From an uncultured Acidobacteriota bacterium (GTDB taxonomy: Bacteria; Acidobacteriota; Terriglobia; UBA7540): a stretch of DNA of 64,000 nt. The position numbers and the translations under genes are program-made. Shown here piece after piece: positions 29,805-39,966 of this stretch (position 1 is the stretch's first letter; every line of letters begins with the position of its first letter). The notes beneath the pieces were generated by a model. That model was not told where the DNA came from. It ran no database searches and was given only the letters and a program-made list of their open reading frames with translations. The stretch lies in NCBI GenBank assembly GCA_963804995.1, contig CAWDSK010000003.1, positions 288,001 through 352,000 on the forward strand. The letters run 5' to 3'.

Positions 29805-30515
29805 ATGACGAAGTTTACCCGAGCCGCTGTTGTCGCGCTGTTGGGTGTGTTCTGTGCCTTGGCCCAGGACACCGTTCCGACCACGCCCTTGTCCCACCGC
29901 GCGACTTTTCCGTCCGACCTAACGGAGCCTTCCACGCCCCTGACGGTCACGCTCCCAGCGGAGACTCAGGTCAAGGTCAGTGTGCTGTCCGGGATCGATA
30001 CTGGAATTAACCGTGTAAACGACCCCGTCATCGCCCAGGTCCTCGAGCCGATATACGTCAAAGGGAAGGTCGCCGTGCCATCCGGCACTTTGCTGGATGG
30101 GCACATCACTTTGATTCGCAATTCTGGTCACATGCATCGCCCTGCCGAACTGGGTTTGCGATTTGATCGCATCAGCCTTCCGGACGGCCAGGAAAAACCT
30201 GTCGCTGCGCTGTTGGCCGCCTTGGAGCACCCAGAGTCTCTCGATTTTCACCTAGACGCGGAAGGTCACTTGACGGGTAACCGCAGCTTATCCTGGAAAA
30301 CGCTCTTCGGTGGTGTCACGGCACTGGGCACGTATGGAGTTCTAAAGATTGCTGCGGTCGGTTCCAGCGGCGCTTCCCTGGTGCTTCCTATCGGCGGGGC
30401 AGCCCTGATTGGTTACGAAGCCATTTGGCGCCGTGGCCGCGAGGTCGATTTGCCCCCTGACACTCATTGCCGTCTGCGGCTGAATTATCCTCTCACCGTG
30501 CGCGTGCCTTGGTAA
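29805..30515 (+). CDS. exported protein with TrbI/VirB10-like beta domain
   Basis: Signal peptide, LPAETQVKV...VPSGTLLDGHI...LRFDRI.LPDG, Gly-rich hairpin. Confidence 0.65.
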   Translation: MTKFTRAAVVALLGVFCALAQDTVPTTPLSHRATFPSDLTEPSTPLTVTLPAETQVKVSVLSGIDTGINRVNDPVIAQVLEPIYVKGKVAVPSGTLLDGHITLIRNSGHMHRPAELGLRFDRISLPDGQEKPVAALLAALEHPESLDFHLDAEGHLTGNRSLSWKTLFGGVTALGTYGVLKIAAVGSSGASLVLPIGGAALIGYEAIWRRGREVDLPPDTHCRLRLNYPLTVRVPW

Positions 30516-30746
30516 GCAAGAAAAGCATATCCTGAGGGCTCCGCCATTGGGTTTGTGTCTCACGAGTTGGCCGGCACTTTAAATCCGTAACACTCCACAC
30601 AAGCGATTCTCTGCCCGACATTTCCTTCGGCTTCTACCGACGTGTTGAGCATCAGCCGCAGGAATTTCCACGGGGGCCTGGGAATAATTCGCGGTGAGCA
30701 TGGCACGGACAGTTGTAGAATGGAATTTACCGTAAGGATCATCAAC

Positions 30747-31613
30747 ATGGACTCACTCATCTTTCATAACGACCGCGTGGTTCCCCTTGAGGAGGCGCGG
30801 CTTTCTCCCGGCCAAATGGGCTTGCTGATGGGCTGGGGCGTTTTCACAACGCTGCGCATCTACGAAGGCGTCCCCTTCGCCTTCGACCGGCACTGGGCGC
30901 GGATGGCGCGTGATGCGCAACGCCTCGGCATCGGGCTCGATTATCATCAGCAGGCGGTTTGGGAAGCAATCGTGAAACTGGCGGCCGCCAACACCCGGCC
31001 GGAAGGCATGGCCCGCCTTTCCTTCGTCAAGAACCAGGGCGGCCTCTGGGCTCAGGCGCCGGACAACCGCGCTACGGACCTGCTGATCTTCACGCGCGAA
31101 GTGCCGACCTGGCCGGTGGCGAACAAGCTCAAGCTCACGCCCAACATCGTCTTTTCGACGGGACGATTGGCAGGCGCCAAGATGCTTTCCTGGGTGCAGA
31201 ACGCCGGCACACTCGAGCGGGCTCACGCGGAAGGCTTCGACGATGCCCTGCTCTTGAATGAGCAAGGCCACCTGGCAGAATGCACTTCGGCCAATTTCTT
31301 TATGGTACGAGACGGGGAGATTCTGACCCCTCCCCTCGCCTCCGGCTGCCTGCCGGGAATCACCCGCGAAGTGCTGCACGAGGTCATCCCCGCGGCTGGC
31401 TACAAACTGCTCGAACAAAACCTCACACCTGACGATCTGGGTTCGGCCACAGAGGCCTTCATCACCGGGACCACACGCGAGGTGGCTGGAGTGGGAAGCA
31501 TTCATCCGAATTGGACCTATGCCGCCCCGGGCCCCATCACGAGCGTGGTCGCAACAGCTTTTAAGCAATACGTCCAATCGCACTTGAAGCGCGCCCCCGC
31601 TCCGCTTTCCTGA
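30747..31613 (+). CDS. class IV PLP aminotransferase (BCAT/ADC lyase-like)
   Basis: GWGVFTTLR, HWARM, AECTSANFF, GCLPGITR, EAFITGT. Confidence 0.9.
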   Translation: MDSLIFHNDRVVPLEEARLSPGQMGLLMGWGVFTTLRIYEGVPFAFDRHWARMARDAQRLGIGLDYHQQAVWEAIVKLAAANTRPEGMARLSFVKNQGGLWAQAPDNRATDLLIFTREVPTWPVANKLKLTPNIVFSTGRLAGAKMLSWVQNAGTLERAHAEGFDDALLLNEQGHLAECTSANFFMVRDGEILTPPLASGCLPGITREVLHEVIPAAGYKLLEQNLTPDDLGSATEAFITGTTREVAGVGSIHPNWTYAAPGPITSVVATAFKQYVQSHLKRAPAPLS

Positions 31614-31828
31614 TCGCTCAAGAATCTTCAGGGCCTGATGGACCGGTTTGAAGTCCTGGCTATTGTCGGACCTGAGGGTCCACCCCGCTTCTTGGTTTTC
31701 ACTCCGTCATATCAGGACACCACCATTTTCGCATCCGGGTTGCCGCAATCCGCACCTTGAGCTAACTTATAGACAATCCCTGGGGCGATGGCGTCCCCTT
31801 TGCATGCTGGCGGGAGCCGCCTATTCTT

Positions 31829-33307
31829 ATGCGGGAAGAATCTTCGGAATCGGCCAAACTCGCATCTGCCGGGAGTTCGGACCAAGGGCCGCGCGAACTC
31901 GAATCCGGCCATAATCTCTTGCGTGAGATTCCCTCCCCTTCCCGGCGTCTTTGGCTGGGATTGGGGGTGACGCTTGCCCTCTTCGTCATCTTTGCTTCCT
32001 ACACCATTCACGAAATCGGGTGGCTTCAGGATTTCCAAACCAACGTGGTGCAGAAGAATCGCAAAGCTTCCCTCCAGCTCCTGCGCTTACAGGATGACAC
32101 CTATCAACTTGCCGTCTCGCTTCGCGACATGACCCTTCCGGAAAGCCGTTACCCCATCTTCTATTGGAAGGGTGAGTTTTCGCGGTTGCGCCAGGACATG
32201 GACAACGCCTTGGCGCTCGAAGCTCAATACGCCGTAAACACTCCCCCCGGCGAGGAGCGGCGGAAACAACTGCGCGGCGTCCTCGACAACTTCTGGCTGC
32301 TCGCCGACGAAGCGTTCGAACTGGCGGATCATGGCCACGAGGATTCCGCCCGCTACCTCATCCGCTCCCAACTCGAAGAGCAGCGCGAGACCATCTCCCG
32401 AGTCGTATCGCAATTGCTGAGTTTGAACGACCAGGCGCAGCAGGAAGCCGGGCAGCACGTCAGCCTTGTTTACGGCAGAGTCTCAAAGGACATCTTGCTG
32501 CTTATCGGAGTGCTGCTCGGGGTCGCGCTGGCCACCGGGCTGTACACACTGCAAGCCAGCCGCAAGACTTTTACGCGCCTGCACCACCTCGCGGAACAAC
32601 TGCAATCGCAATCCGAGCAACTGCGCATGCTCTCCTGGAAGTTGATCGACGTGCAGGAGCAGACCCTGCGCCACGTGGCGCGCGATTTGCACGACCACTT
32701 TGGCCAGATCCTCACGGCGATTGGCGTCATGCTGGGGCGGGCAGGCCAGAAAGCGCTGGACAAGGACCCCGTCTTCGTCCAGGATGTCGGAGCCGTCAAG
32801 AAAATTGTGGAAGACACTTTGCAGAGCGTTCGGGACGAATCCCAAATCTTTCGTCCCGCCATCCTGGATGATTTTGGGCTGCAACAAACGCTCGAATGGT
32901 TCGTGGAACAATTCTCGCGCCAGACGGGCGTAAACGTCCATTACAAGGGGAAACTCCCGGACGGCTTCCTCCCGCCGGAGGCGGCCATCCACGTTTATCG
33001 CATCGTACAGGAAAGCTTGAGCAATGTAGCGCGCCATTCCGGCGCTCGCGAGGCCTGGGTGAAGCTCGAAGAAAAGGATGACCAACTAAACCTGGAAATC
33101 CGCGATAATGGGAGGGGCTTCGAGGCCGACGCGGACGCCAGAAGAACCGCGGGTCAGGGCATGGGGTTGATGGGAATGCGTGAACGCGCCGAGCACTTGA
33201 ACGGCTCCTTCTCCATACGTTCTTCGCCTGCGAAGGGAACCACCGTGAGTATCCGGGTTCCACTGCCGCGGCCCTCGATGCACCCACTTTCAGAAGAAGC
33301 GAGTTGA
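31829..33307 (+). CDS. membrane sensor histidine kinase (HisKA_3 type)
   Basis: Two TM segments, ARDLHDHFGQ, LDDFGL, QESLSNVARHS, DNGRGF, GMGLMGMRER. Confidence 0.93.
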   Translation: MREESSESAKLASAGSSDQGPRELESGHNLLREIPSPSRRLWLGLGVTLALFVIFASYTIHEIGWLQDFQTNVVQKNRKASLQLLRLQDDTYQLAVSLRDMTLPESRYPIFYWKGEFSRLRQDMDNALALEAQYAVNTPPGEERRKQLRGVLDNFWLLADEAFELADHGHEDSARYLIRSQLEEQRETISRVVSQLLSLNDQAQQEAGQHVSLVYGRVSKDILLLIGVLLGVALATGLYTLQASRKTFTRLHHLAEQLQSQSEQLRMLSWKLIDVQEQTLRHVARDLHDHFGQILTAIGVMLGRAGQKALDKDPVFVQDVGAVKKIVEDTLQSVRDESQIFRPAILDDFGLQQTLEWFVEQFSRQTGVNVHYKGKLPDGFLPPEAAIHVYRIVQESLSNVARHSGAREAWVKLEEKDDQLNLEIRDNGRGFEADADARRTAGQGMGLMGMRERAEHLNGSFSIRSSPAKGTTVSIRVPLPRPSMHPLSEEAS

Positions 33308-33310
33308 AGC

Positions 33311-33985
33311 ATGGCAGCACCAGAAACCGAAAAGAAGATTCGCGTCCTGCTTGCTGAGGATCACACCCTGGTACGGCAGGGATTTCGCCGCATCCTGGAA
33401 GATGATCCCCAGGTCACCGTGGTGGGAGAGGCGAGCACAGGCCTGGAAGCAATTGAGCTGTGCAAAACCCTGAAGCCGGAAGTCGTGGTGATGGACCTTT
33501 CCATGCCCGACCTCGGGGGTCTGGAGGCCACGGCGGAAATTCTCAAGGCCGAACCGCGCGTCAAAATCCTCATCCTCAGCATGTACTCGAATGAAGCTTA
33601 TATCCGCAAAGCTTTCGAGCTCGGCGCCAAGGGCTACATGCTGAAGAATGCCATCGAGGTCGACCTGAACCGCGCCGTGAAAGCGCTCGCCGAAAACGAA
33701 GTTTATTTCAGTCCCGGCATTTCGCAAATTGTTTTGGAAAGTTTGAAGTCAGGATCTTTTCGCGATTCCACGCAAGAACCTTACGAACGCCTCACGCTCC
33801 GTGAGAAGGAAGTCCTGCAACTCATCGCGCAAGGAAAATCCAACAAGGAAATTGCCATCCTGCTCAACATCAGCGTCAATACCGTGGCCGTGCATCGCGC
33901 CCGGGTGATGGAAACCCTCAACCTTCACCGCACTGCGGAACTGGTCCTCTTCGCTGTGAAAAAGGGTCTGGTGCAGGCAGACTAG
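33311..33985 (+). CDS. NarL/LuxR-family response regulator
   Basis: REC domain plus LTLREKEVLQLIAQGKSNKEIA HTH. Confidence 0.95.
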   Translation: MAAPETEKKIRVLLAEDHTLVRQGFRRILEDDPQVTVVGEASTGLEAIELCKTLKPEVVVMDLSMPDLGGLEATAEILKAEPRVKILILSMYSNEAYIRKAFELGAKGYMLKNAIEVDLNRAVKALAENEVYFSPGISQIVLESLKSGSFRDSTQEPYERLTLREKEVLQLIAQGKSNKEIAILLNISVNTVAVHRARVMETLNLHRTAELVLFAVKKGLVQAD

Positions 33986-34264
33986 CGCCAAGTGTGATCC
34001 CGCTAGCGCCAGTCCTTGTCATCGAACCTCTTCAGGCTGGTGCTGTCGTCCATCAAAAACAAGAATAGCGCTGCGCGGCGGATCGACAAGTAAAAAGTCC
34101 ATGCGTAAAACGCAAGGAGGTTGGGAATTTGGTGGGACCTCGCTCGCTATGCCCCGCGGAGAGCAACAAGTGGGACAGTCCCACTTTGCGAAATCGTCCC
34201 CCCGAAAAGCGCAATTTTATGCGATGGCACTGCCGACGCCGGTGGGGAGCGGTGACACTTTCCG

Positions 34265-34996
34265 CTACTTGATCCCCAAAACCTCGCGGCGGCCGGAGCG
34301 GGTCAGGAAGGTCTTTACGTTGCCTCCGGGGAAGAGGCGTTCCACTTCGCGGTTGGTCACGGCGGGATAGGGAAACGCCATCTGCTGGTCATTCGCGACC
34401 CCGAGCGCCGTCAAGCTTTCGAACCACCAGCGTGCCCCGGCGCCCACTGTCATTTGCGGCTCGCGCAGGATGCCAAACAGCACTCCGCCGGGCTGCAGGT
34501 AGGAGTGCAAACGCTCAACCAAGGCCGGCAGCGCCTCCCGTGGGAGCAGATCCAGCAGGCCCCAGCAGCAGATCGCCGCGAGCGACTCAGGAGGGATGGG
34601 GGGAAGCTGGGCCAGGAAATCCGCAGTCAGGAAAACCGGTATTTTCCCCTGACGCGACCAGAAGGCCGGGTCGTTGCACTGGGCCGGAGTCACGAGGTCC
34701 GCGACGTAGAGCTTGGCGCCGCGCAGCAGCAAGACATCCAAGGTGGATTGGTAGACGCGCCCGCATTCCAGAATAGGAGGGTTGCGCATGTGGGAGAGGT
34801 ACTGCCACAGCCACTGGAGACCATGGCTGGTCGCCGGCGAGACAGGCGGGGTTCGCCGGGTATCCGTCTGGCTTTTAGTTTGCCCCATTTCATGCCGCAC
34901 GCGGGAACCCGGGAATTGCGCCAGGAAGCGGGTATCCAGGTTGTGGTCGCTCAAGCCCTTTACGACTGGCGCGCCTCTCCGACGAGCCGCATTCAT
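34265..34996 (-). CDS. SAM-methyltransferase-like hypothetical protein
   Basis: ILECG, VADL, CWGLLDLL, LQPGG; start codon overlaps the bactofilin stop, although the true start may be later. Confidence 0.6.
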   Translation of the reverse strand: MNAARRRGAPVVKGLSDHNLDTRFLAQFPGSRVRHEMGQTKSQTDTRRTPPVSPATSHGLQWLWQYLSHMRNPPILECGRVYQSTLDVLLLRGAKLYVADLVTPAQCNDPAFWSRQGKIPVFLTADFLAQLPPIPPESLAAICCWGLLDLLPREALPALVERLHSYLQPGGVLFGILREPQMTVGAGARWWFESLTALGVANDQQMAFPYPAVTNREVERLFPGGNVKTFLTRSGRREVLGIK

Positions 34997-35514
34997 TAAG
35001 CGCTGGTCTTCAAGACGCGGGAGCCGGACGCATCCGGCGCGATCCCCTGCCCCCCCTCGCGCGCAATATCGATACTGCCCTTAAAGTAAGCGCCATCTTC
35101 GATAGCCACGCTGCCGGCGAGCAGATCACCCACCACGTGTCCGCTGCGGCGAATCTCAATCTTTTCACGCGCTGTGACATTGCCGGTCACGGAGCCGAGG
35201 ATCACCACCTGCCGGGCATGGACTTCCGCCTTGACGTGACCCTCCGTGCCCACGGTCAGGCAATGGTCGTCGAGACCGATGTTGCCCTCGAACTGCCCTT
35301 CAATCAGCAAATCCTCTTCCGAGGATAGTTGCCCTTTTACCGTCACCGAGCGGCCCAGGAAGGTATGCTGGCTGCCGGAGGCCGGGGGATTCGTCAGCTT
35401 TAACGTCGATTCACTCATAGGGGTTTCCAAAGGAGGAGGGAGAGGCGCCGGAGTCTCTTCAAACATAATTCTGGGGGGCTGTGCATCCGGCCGAGTTTTC
35501 TTCTCCCACCACAT
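34996..35514 (-). CDS. bactofilin (polymer-forming cytoskeletal protein)
   Basis: LGRSVTVKGQL..EEDLLIEGQFEGNI, V.G.V.GNV.A, IEDGAYFKGSI. Confidence 0.92.
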   Translation of the reverse strand: MWWEKKTRPDAQPPRIMFEETPAPLPPPLETPMSESTLKLTNPPASGSQHTFLGRSVTVKGQLSSEEDLLIEGQFEGNIGLDDHCLTVGTEGHVKAEVHARQVVILGSVTGNVTAREKIEIRRSGHVVGDLLAGSVAIEDGAYFKGSIDIAREGGQGIAPDASGSRVLKTSA

Positions 35515-36091
35515 CGCAAAGTTTAGGGGAGACGATAACCAATCCGGCGCCGCCCCGTCGAAACCATCTTAACCTGCCTGCGCCGATAGTTCAATCTCCT
35601 GCGCCGACCTAATTTGCACGTAGCGCCGCCCGACACCCGCGGCGATGAATTCGTCTTACCACGTGAACTTCAGCGCCAGTTGGATGATCTGGTTTTAGAG
35701 GGGCCTTTGGGCAATTTGATGGTGGATAAACCACAAATGTCAACTAAAAGGCGGTCATAAGGGCAATGGGCGAAGGGGCAGCATTGGGGCAAAATGTCCG
35801 GACAGAGGCAGCCTGGCGACATTGTGTCTGTCTCTGGACATCAAGGGGTAACCCAACCTTCTGACGCCCGGAGGCCTTTCAACGAACGACAGTCTCTGTC
35901 AGAGTGCTGCTGCTCGGAGCGCCGCTAGTCCCGTCGCTCGCCGCCGGCGGCGACACGTCCCAATCGTGGCGCGTCTTTGTCGGATCTACGGGGAAAATCA
36001 AGAGAATCACCGGCGATGCGGCGATGTACCCTCCGAATGGGCTCAAGGCAAGGTAGTAGTAAGGCGGCAGCTTCGCGGCCGCAGTCCAAGG

Positions 36092-39025
36092 TCACTTCGT
36101 AACAAAGGCACCGGGCCAGCCGCCGTGGGCTTCGATTACTTTGTCGATTTCGGCCATCAGGCGGATGGTCTCTTTCAGGGCGACGACGATCTTCTGGTAG
36201 TGGGCGATGTCTTCTTCGGAAAGCACCCGGCCGCGGCGGTCCTTAAGCCACTTCTCGCAGACCTGATAGCCGCCAATGTGGAAGTTCCACACGTTTTCGG
36301 GAACGCCCTCGAACCAGCGCTGGGCGTTGATGTAGACTTTCCCAGGGCGCGAAGCGCTTTGGACTGCGGCCGCGAAGCTGCCGCTTTTGTCTGTGGAATC
36401 TCTTGTCCCGCCCTCGATTGAGGCGCCGGGTTGGCCGTTCGAACTTTGGACTGCGGGAGCAGCAGCTCCCGCTTTGGTCTTGCCCGTCTTGGAGGCGCGA
36501 TCGTTTGGGAACGAACCCAAAGCGGCAGCTTCGCGACCGCAGTCCAAAGCGGCTTCGCCGCGGCAGTCTAAATCATAGGCCGTAGAGGGCGGCGACGCGC
36601 TCGTTGATTTCCGCTTCGACTTCTGCCATCTCCGAACGCGGACGGGTGTATGCAACTCGCCCCCTTCTTTCTTCGAAAAATGGATAATGACGTTGTTAAT
36701 GCCTGCATCGAAGAGATCTATGTCTGAACAAAAATCGATGCGCTCAAGCCAAGACTTGGTGAGGAAAAAACTGTGAGACTTGCGCGCATATTTTGCTGTG
36801 CAGTAGGAATCGGAGACTATATAGGTCATGCGCCCGCTAGTGGCTAGCAACTGAAAGGCTCGCTCGAGGAATGGGATGTACAAGTCCCACTTCTCGTAAA
36901 GAGTTTCGTAGACTCCAGACTCCGCAAGACTGGTGCGGTATTCTCTCCAATTTGCTATCGCGTGTTGTCGACCCTCTTCATCCTGAATGTGGTTGAACGG
37001 TGCATCAGCCCGCACGAAAGGCGGGTTCGCAAGGATTACGTCGAATCCCCCCATCAAGAAGACTTCTGCGAAGTCCACACCCCAGTCAAAGCCGTCAACA
37101 GCACCTCCAGCGCGCGCCCAGCCGCGTATCGTCTCACGGCACTGGTCAATCTGCTTACGCAACTCGATCTTACGGCCATGATGAGCGGTCAGGAACTCCG
37201 CTTTGAGTTTCAGGTACTCATCGATCAGAGGCTTACGGAAGCCCTGGTCGAGTCCGCCCGACGGAGCGGGAACGGTAAGGCTGTCTCCGGTCTCAATCTT
37301 GAAGTCGAGGTTCGGCAGGGGCGGAGGGTTGTCGCCTTCATACTCGACGGCCAGTGAAAGCCATAGGCGCAAGCGGGCGATATTCACCGCGAAGACATCG
37401 AGATCGACGCCGTAGAGATTGTTCTGAATAATTTGGAGTTTGCGCGCGAAGTTCGAAATGGCGTCGAGCTTGCGTGTGGCAAAGAGACAAGTGCGCAGGT
37501 CGAGTAATTCATGAAGCATCCCGAGCAGATAGGCGCCGCTGCCGCAAGCCGGATCGCACACCTTGACTTTGCGCAGTGCTTCAAGTACCGGCTCCGGGTT
37601 TCTTAAGCCTTCCGGGTTGTGCTCTTCCACAAACCGCTCAATAGACTCCGGGGTCTCGGAAGGCAATTGCGAGCACAGATAACCCTTCAGCGCTTCCCGG
37701 CACATGAATGAAACCACGGGCTTGGGGGTGTAGTAGCTACCCGTCTCGTGCCGCCCCGTAACCAGCTCTTCAAAGACCTTGCCCAACATCTCCGGGTCAA
37801 CCGCCACTTCCACATCGAGTGGCGTACTTTCCATTACCGTGAAATTGAAGCGGTTGAAAAGCTCATTGAGGACGGCGCCGATCGCTTCGTCCGGCACGTG
37901 GATCGTGGAATCTTTGTCGTCCTCAACTTCTTCAAATAATCCGCCATTCAGGTAAGGCACCTTGCCGATGGTGGCTTTCAAGTCGCCGCCGCGATTGATA
38001 CCAATAATGTCAACTTCACCCGCCGTGCTGAGACCATGAAAGAACAATCGTTTCAGCCGGTCGGCATAGAAATTCCGGCGCTTATCCTTTTCCTCCTGAT
38101 CACCACGCATCCCCAGTTTAGCATCACCACTTAATTTCCTGCTCAGCACCACCCCGTCGCTCGGCGCGCCACCCCTCCTCATCTGAGGAGGGGAGTTCTC
38201 TGAACAACCTCCCTGCTGATACCCGTTCCAAAAGGCGGAAAGATAGTCGGTGTTCCCGTCGAAGCTCAGCCAGCCTTTCTTCTGAATGAAGGCAATGAAC
38301 ATAAGCCGGTTGAAAAGCCGCTGAGTGAAAAGCCGCTTGCGTTCGGCATTGGGGATGCCTTCAATGAGGCTTTCGACGTTGTGAAACACCCGGTCGTATT
38401 CCCGGAAGAACTCTCTCGATAGTTTTTCTTTATCAAACGCGCGCAGCCACTTCTCACGCCACGCCGCGGCGTCCTTTACATCGTCGGGCCACTCCAAATG
38501 AGGAAGGTTTTCCTGAATCAGCGTTCGGTTGGGTGAGTCCGGGCTCCAGCCGAAAGAGGTCAGGCGAGCGGCGCGGCCTTTCTCCTTCGGTTGGGCAAAG
38601 TGCACAAAGACATAGTGCTGCCAAGCGTGAGTGCAGATGAACAGCAGGTCCTCACGCTGCCATGAAGCAAGAGCTGCGGATTTGGTTCGCGCCGCTACGA
38701 GCCCGCGCAATACCTGGCGAAGAACACCCGTCATGCTGCGCCCCGTCGTGAAAGCGTCCGGGTGCTTGAATTGCAGGACGAAAATACCCCAGGGTTGGCC
38801 CTTGGCAAGAGGCTGTATTTGCCAAATGCGGCTGTCCACTACCTTCTGGGCCAAGCCGCTCGCCCTTAAGTCTTCGGCCGACCACGAGTAGGAAACGTCA
38901 TCTACATTCTGGGGGTCTCCAATCTGCCAGCCGAGAGCACCAGTTAGAAGAAGACTCAGGAAGGACTCTTGCCCGCGAACCTTGGTGAGTGCTGCCTGAA
39001 TCGTCAGTTGGAGATCGGTTGCCAT
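36092..39025 (-). CDS. N6-adenine DNA methyltransferase / Type IIG-like R-M protein; chimeric, with in-frame repeat insertions
   Basis: VPYLNGGLF, DPEMLGKVFE, GSYYTP, motif I DPACGSGAY, motif IV NPPF. A REP-encoded stretch follows, then a Type ISP-like C-terminal tail. Start reassigned to ATG 39025 (MATDLQ). Function is doubtful. Confidence 0.8.
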   Translation of the reverse strand: MATDLQLTIQAALTKVRGQESFLSLLLTGALGWQIGDPQNVDDVSYSWSAEDLRASGLAQKVVDSRIWQIQPLAKGQPWGIFVLQFKHPDAFTTGRSMTGVLRQVLRGLVAARTKSAALASWQREDLLFICTHAWQHYVFVHFAQPKEKGRAARLTSFGWSPDSPNRTLIQENLPHLEWPDDVKDAAAWREKWLRAFDKEKLSREFFREYDRVFHNVESLIEGIPNAERKRLFTQRLFNRLMFIAFIQKKGWLSFDGNTDYLSAFWNGYQQGGCSENSPPQMRRGGAPSDGVVLSRKLSGDAKLGMRGDQEEKDKRRNFYADRLKRLFFHGLSTAGEVDIIGINRGGDLKATIGKVPYLNGGLFEEVEDDKDSTIHVPDEAIGAVLNELFNRFNFTVMESTPLDVEVAVDPEMLGKVFEELVTGRHETGSYYTPKPVVSFMCREALKGYLCSQLPSETPESIERFVEEHNPEGLRNPEPVLEALRKVKVCDPACGSGAYLLGMLHELLDLRTCLFATRKLDAISNFARKLQIIQNNLYGVDLDVFAVNIARLRLWLSLAVEYEGDNPPPLPNLDFKIETGDSLTVPAPSGGLDQGFRKPLIDEYLKLKAEFLTAHHGRKIELRKQIDQCRETIRGWARAGGAVDGFDWGVDFAEVFLMGGFDVILANPPFVRADAPFNHIQDEEGRQHAIANWREYRTSLAESGVYETLYEKWDLYIPFLERAFQLLATSGRMTYIVSDSYCTAKYARKSHSFFLTKSWLERIDFCSDIDLFDAGINNVIIHFSKKEGGELHTPVRVRRWQKSKRKSTSASPPSTAYDLDCRGEAALDCGREAAALGSFPNDRASKTGKTKAGAAAPAVQSSNGQPGASIEGGTRDSTDKSGSFAAAVQSASRPGKVYINAQRWFEGVPENVWNFHIGGYQVCEKWLKDRRGRVLSEEDIAHYQKIVVALKETIRLMAEIDKVIEAHGGWPGAFVTK

Positions 39026-39035
39026 TGAGTCACCA

Positions 39036-39098
39036 TTATTTGACCAGCGAAGGAAAGCTCTTGATGGAGCGGAGACGTTCAATATCCACGTCACTCAT
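39036..39098 (-). pseudogene. 20-codon stub MSDVDIERLRSIKSFPSLVK*, resembling the N-terminus of a second R-M methylase
   Basis: Read from sequence; the stop lies 10 nt before the MATDLQ start. The resemblance to L..IK.FPSLV.YLRD.L.W N-termini is from recall. Confidence 0.5.
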
Positions 39099-39296
39099 AA
39101 ACATCCGCTTTCCCTGCGCGAAGCGCTTTTGGACTGCGGCCGCGAAGCTGCCGCTTTAACCCTTCGGTGTGAACGAGATTTCCTGAAAGAAAATGGCAGA
39201 TTACGAATGTAAAAAGCGGCAGCTTCGCGATCGCACTCCAAAATGACATCAAGACGAAAGCGGCAGCTTCGCGGCCGCACTCCAAAAGCTTCGCTG

Positions 39297-39854
39297 TCAC
39301 TCAAGGTCCGGTTGCCAGTCAACTTCGAAATCGTCGGGCACACTCACGCGATCAGACTTAAACGCCATTACGGTCTTGTAAAAAGCTGTCGTCGCGCGGC
39401 GCTCGAACCAGCCGGCTGAGCACCATGGATAAAGTGATGGCTCCGCCACCAGCCGGTGATGCACAGGGTTGGTATGCACGTAATTCAACCGCGCATAGTA
39501 CGACTTGGGAAAGGTCAGGTGAGTATCCCGATATTGGAACCACACCTGCCGGCCAGGAGTGGCATCCCACCGATTCGCTTCCATTGCCGTGTCGGAATGA
39601 AGCTTCTTGAGGAAAAGGACAAGGCTATCGGCGCTCGGCGGCGACATGGCCACAAAGTGATAATGGTTGGAGAATACCGCCCAGGCCTGGAGATTCCAAC
39701 TGTAGGCTGCAGCCAGGTTTAATAGGGAATCGTGTAGGAACCGTAGCCGCTGGGTTCCTCGAAAGCGATGTTCCTTCAGATAGGTGCTACAGGTGACCAT
39801 GTAGGACCCAGCTTCCGCTAGTCGATGCACCGGACTGTGTGGCCAATCACTCAT
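39297..39854 (-). mobile_element. REP-associated tyrosine transposase (RAYT / TnpA-REP, Y1 HUH family)
   Basis: YMVTCST, AWAVFSNHYHF (HUH), W-Q, NYVHTNPVHH (catalytic Tyr), YPWCSA; flanked on both sides by inverted REP pairs. Confidence 0.9.
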
Positions 39855-39966
39855 TTGGACTGCGGTCGCGTAGCTACCGCTTTAATCCTTTCGCGTCAAT
39901 GACAAATCTTGATGAAGACGGCAACATCTAAAATCTAAAGCGGCAGCTTCGCGGCCGCACTCCAAA

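Larger units (their letters stand above)
36061..39966. repeat. nine copies of a ~30-bp REP, consensus TTTGGA(C/G)TGCGGCCGCGAAGCTGCCGCTTT
   Basis: Copies at 36061-36090, 36358-36388, 36445-36475, 36519-36548, 39128-39157, 39213-39242, 39257-39286, 39854-39883 and 39937-39966, in both orientations. Confidence 0.92.

Noticed and set aside
39297..39854. IS200/IS605 element with TnpB
   Set aside because: There is no tnpB, and the multiple inverted REPs plus the NPV and YPWCS motifs fit a RAYT.
36061..39966. ~30-bp repeats as a CRISPR array
   Set aside because: Copies are in both orientations, irregularly spaced and flank a RAYT, and no cas genes are present.
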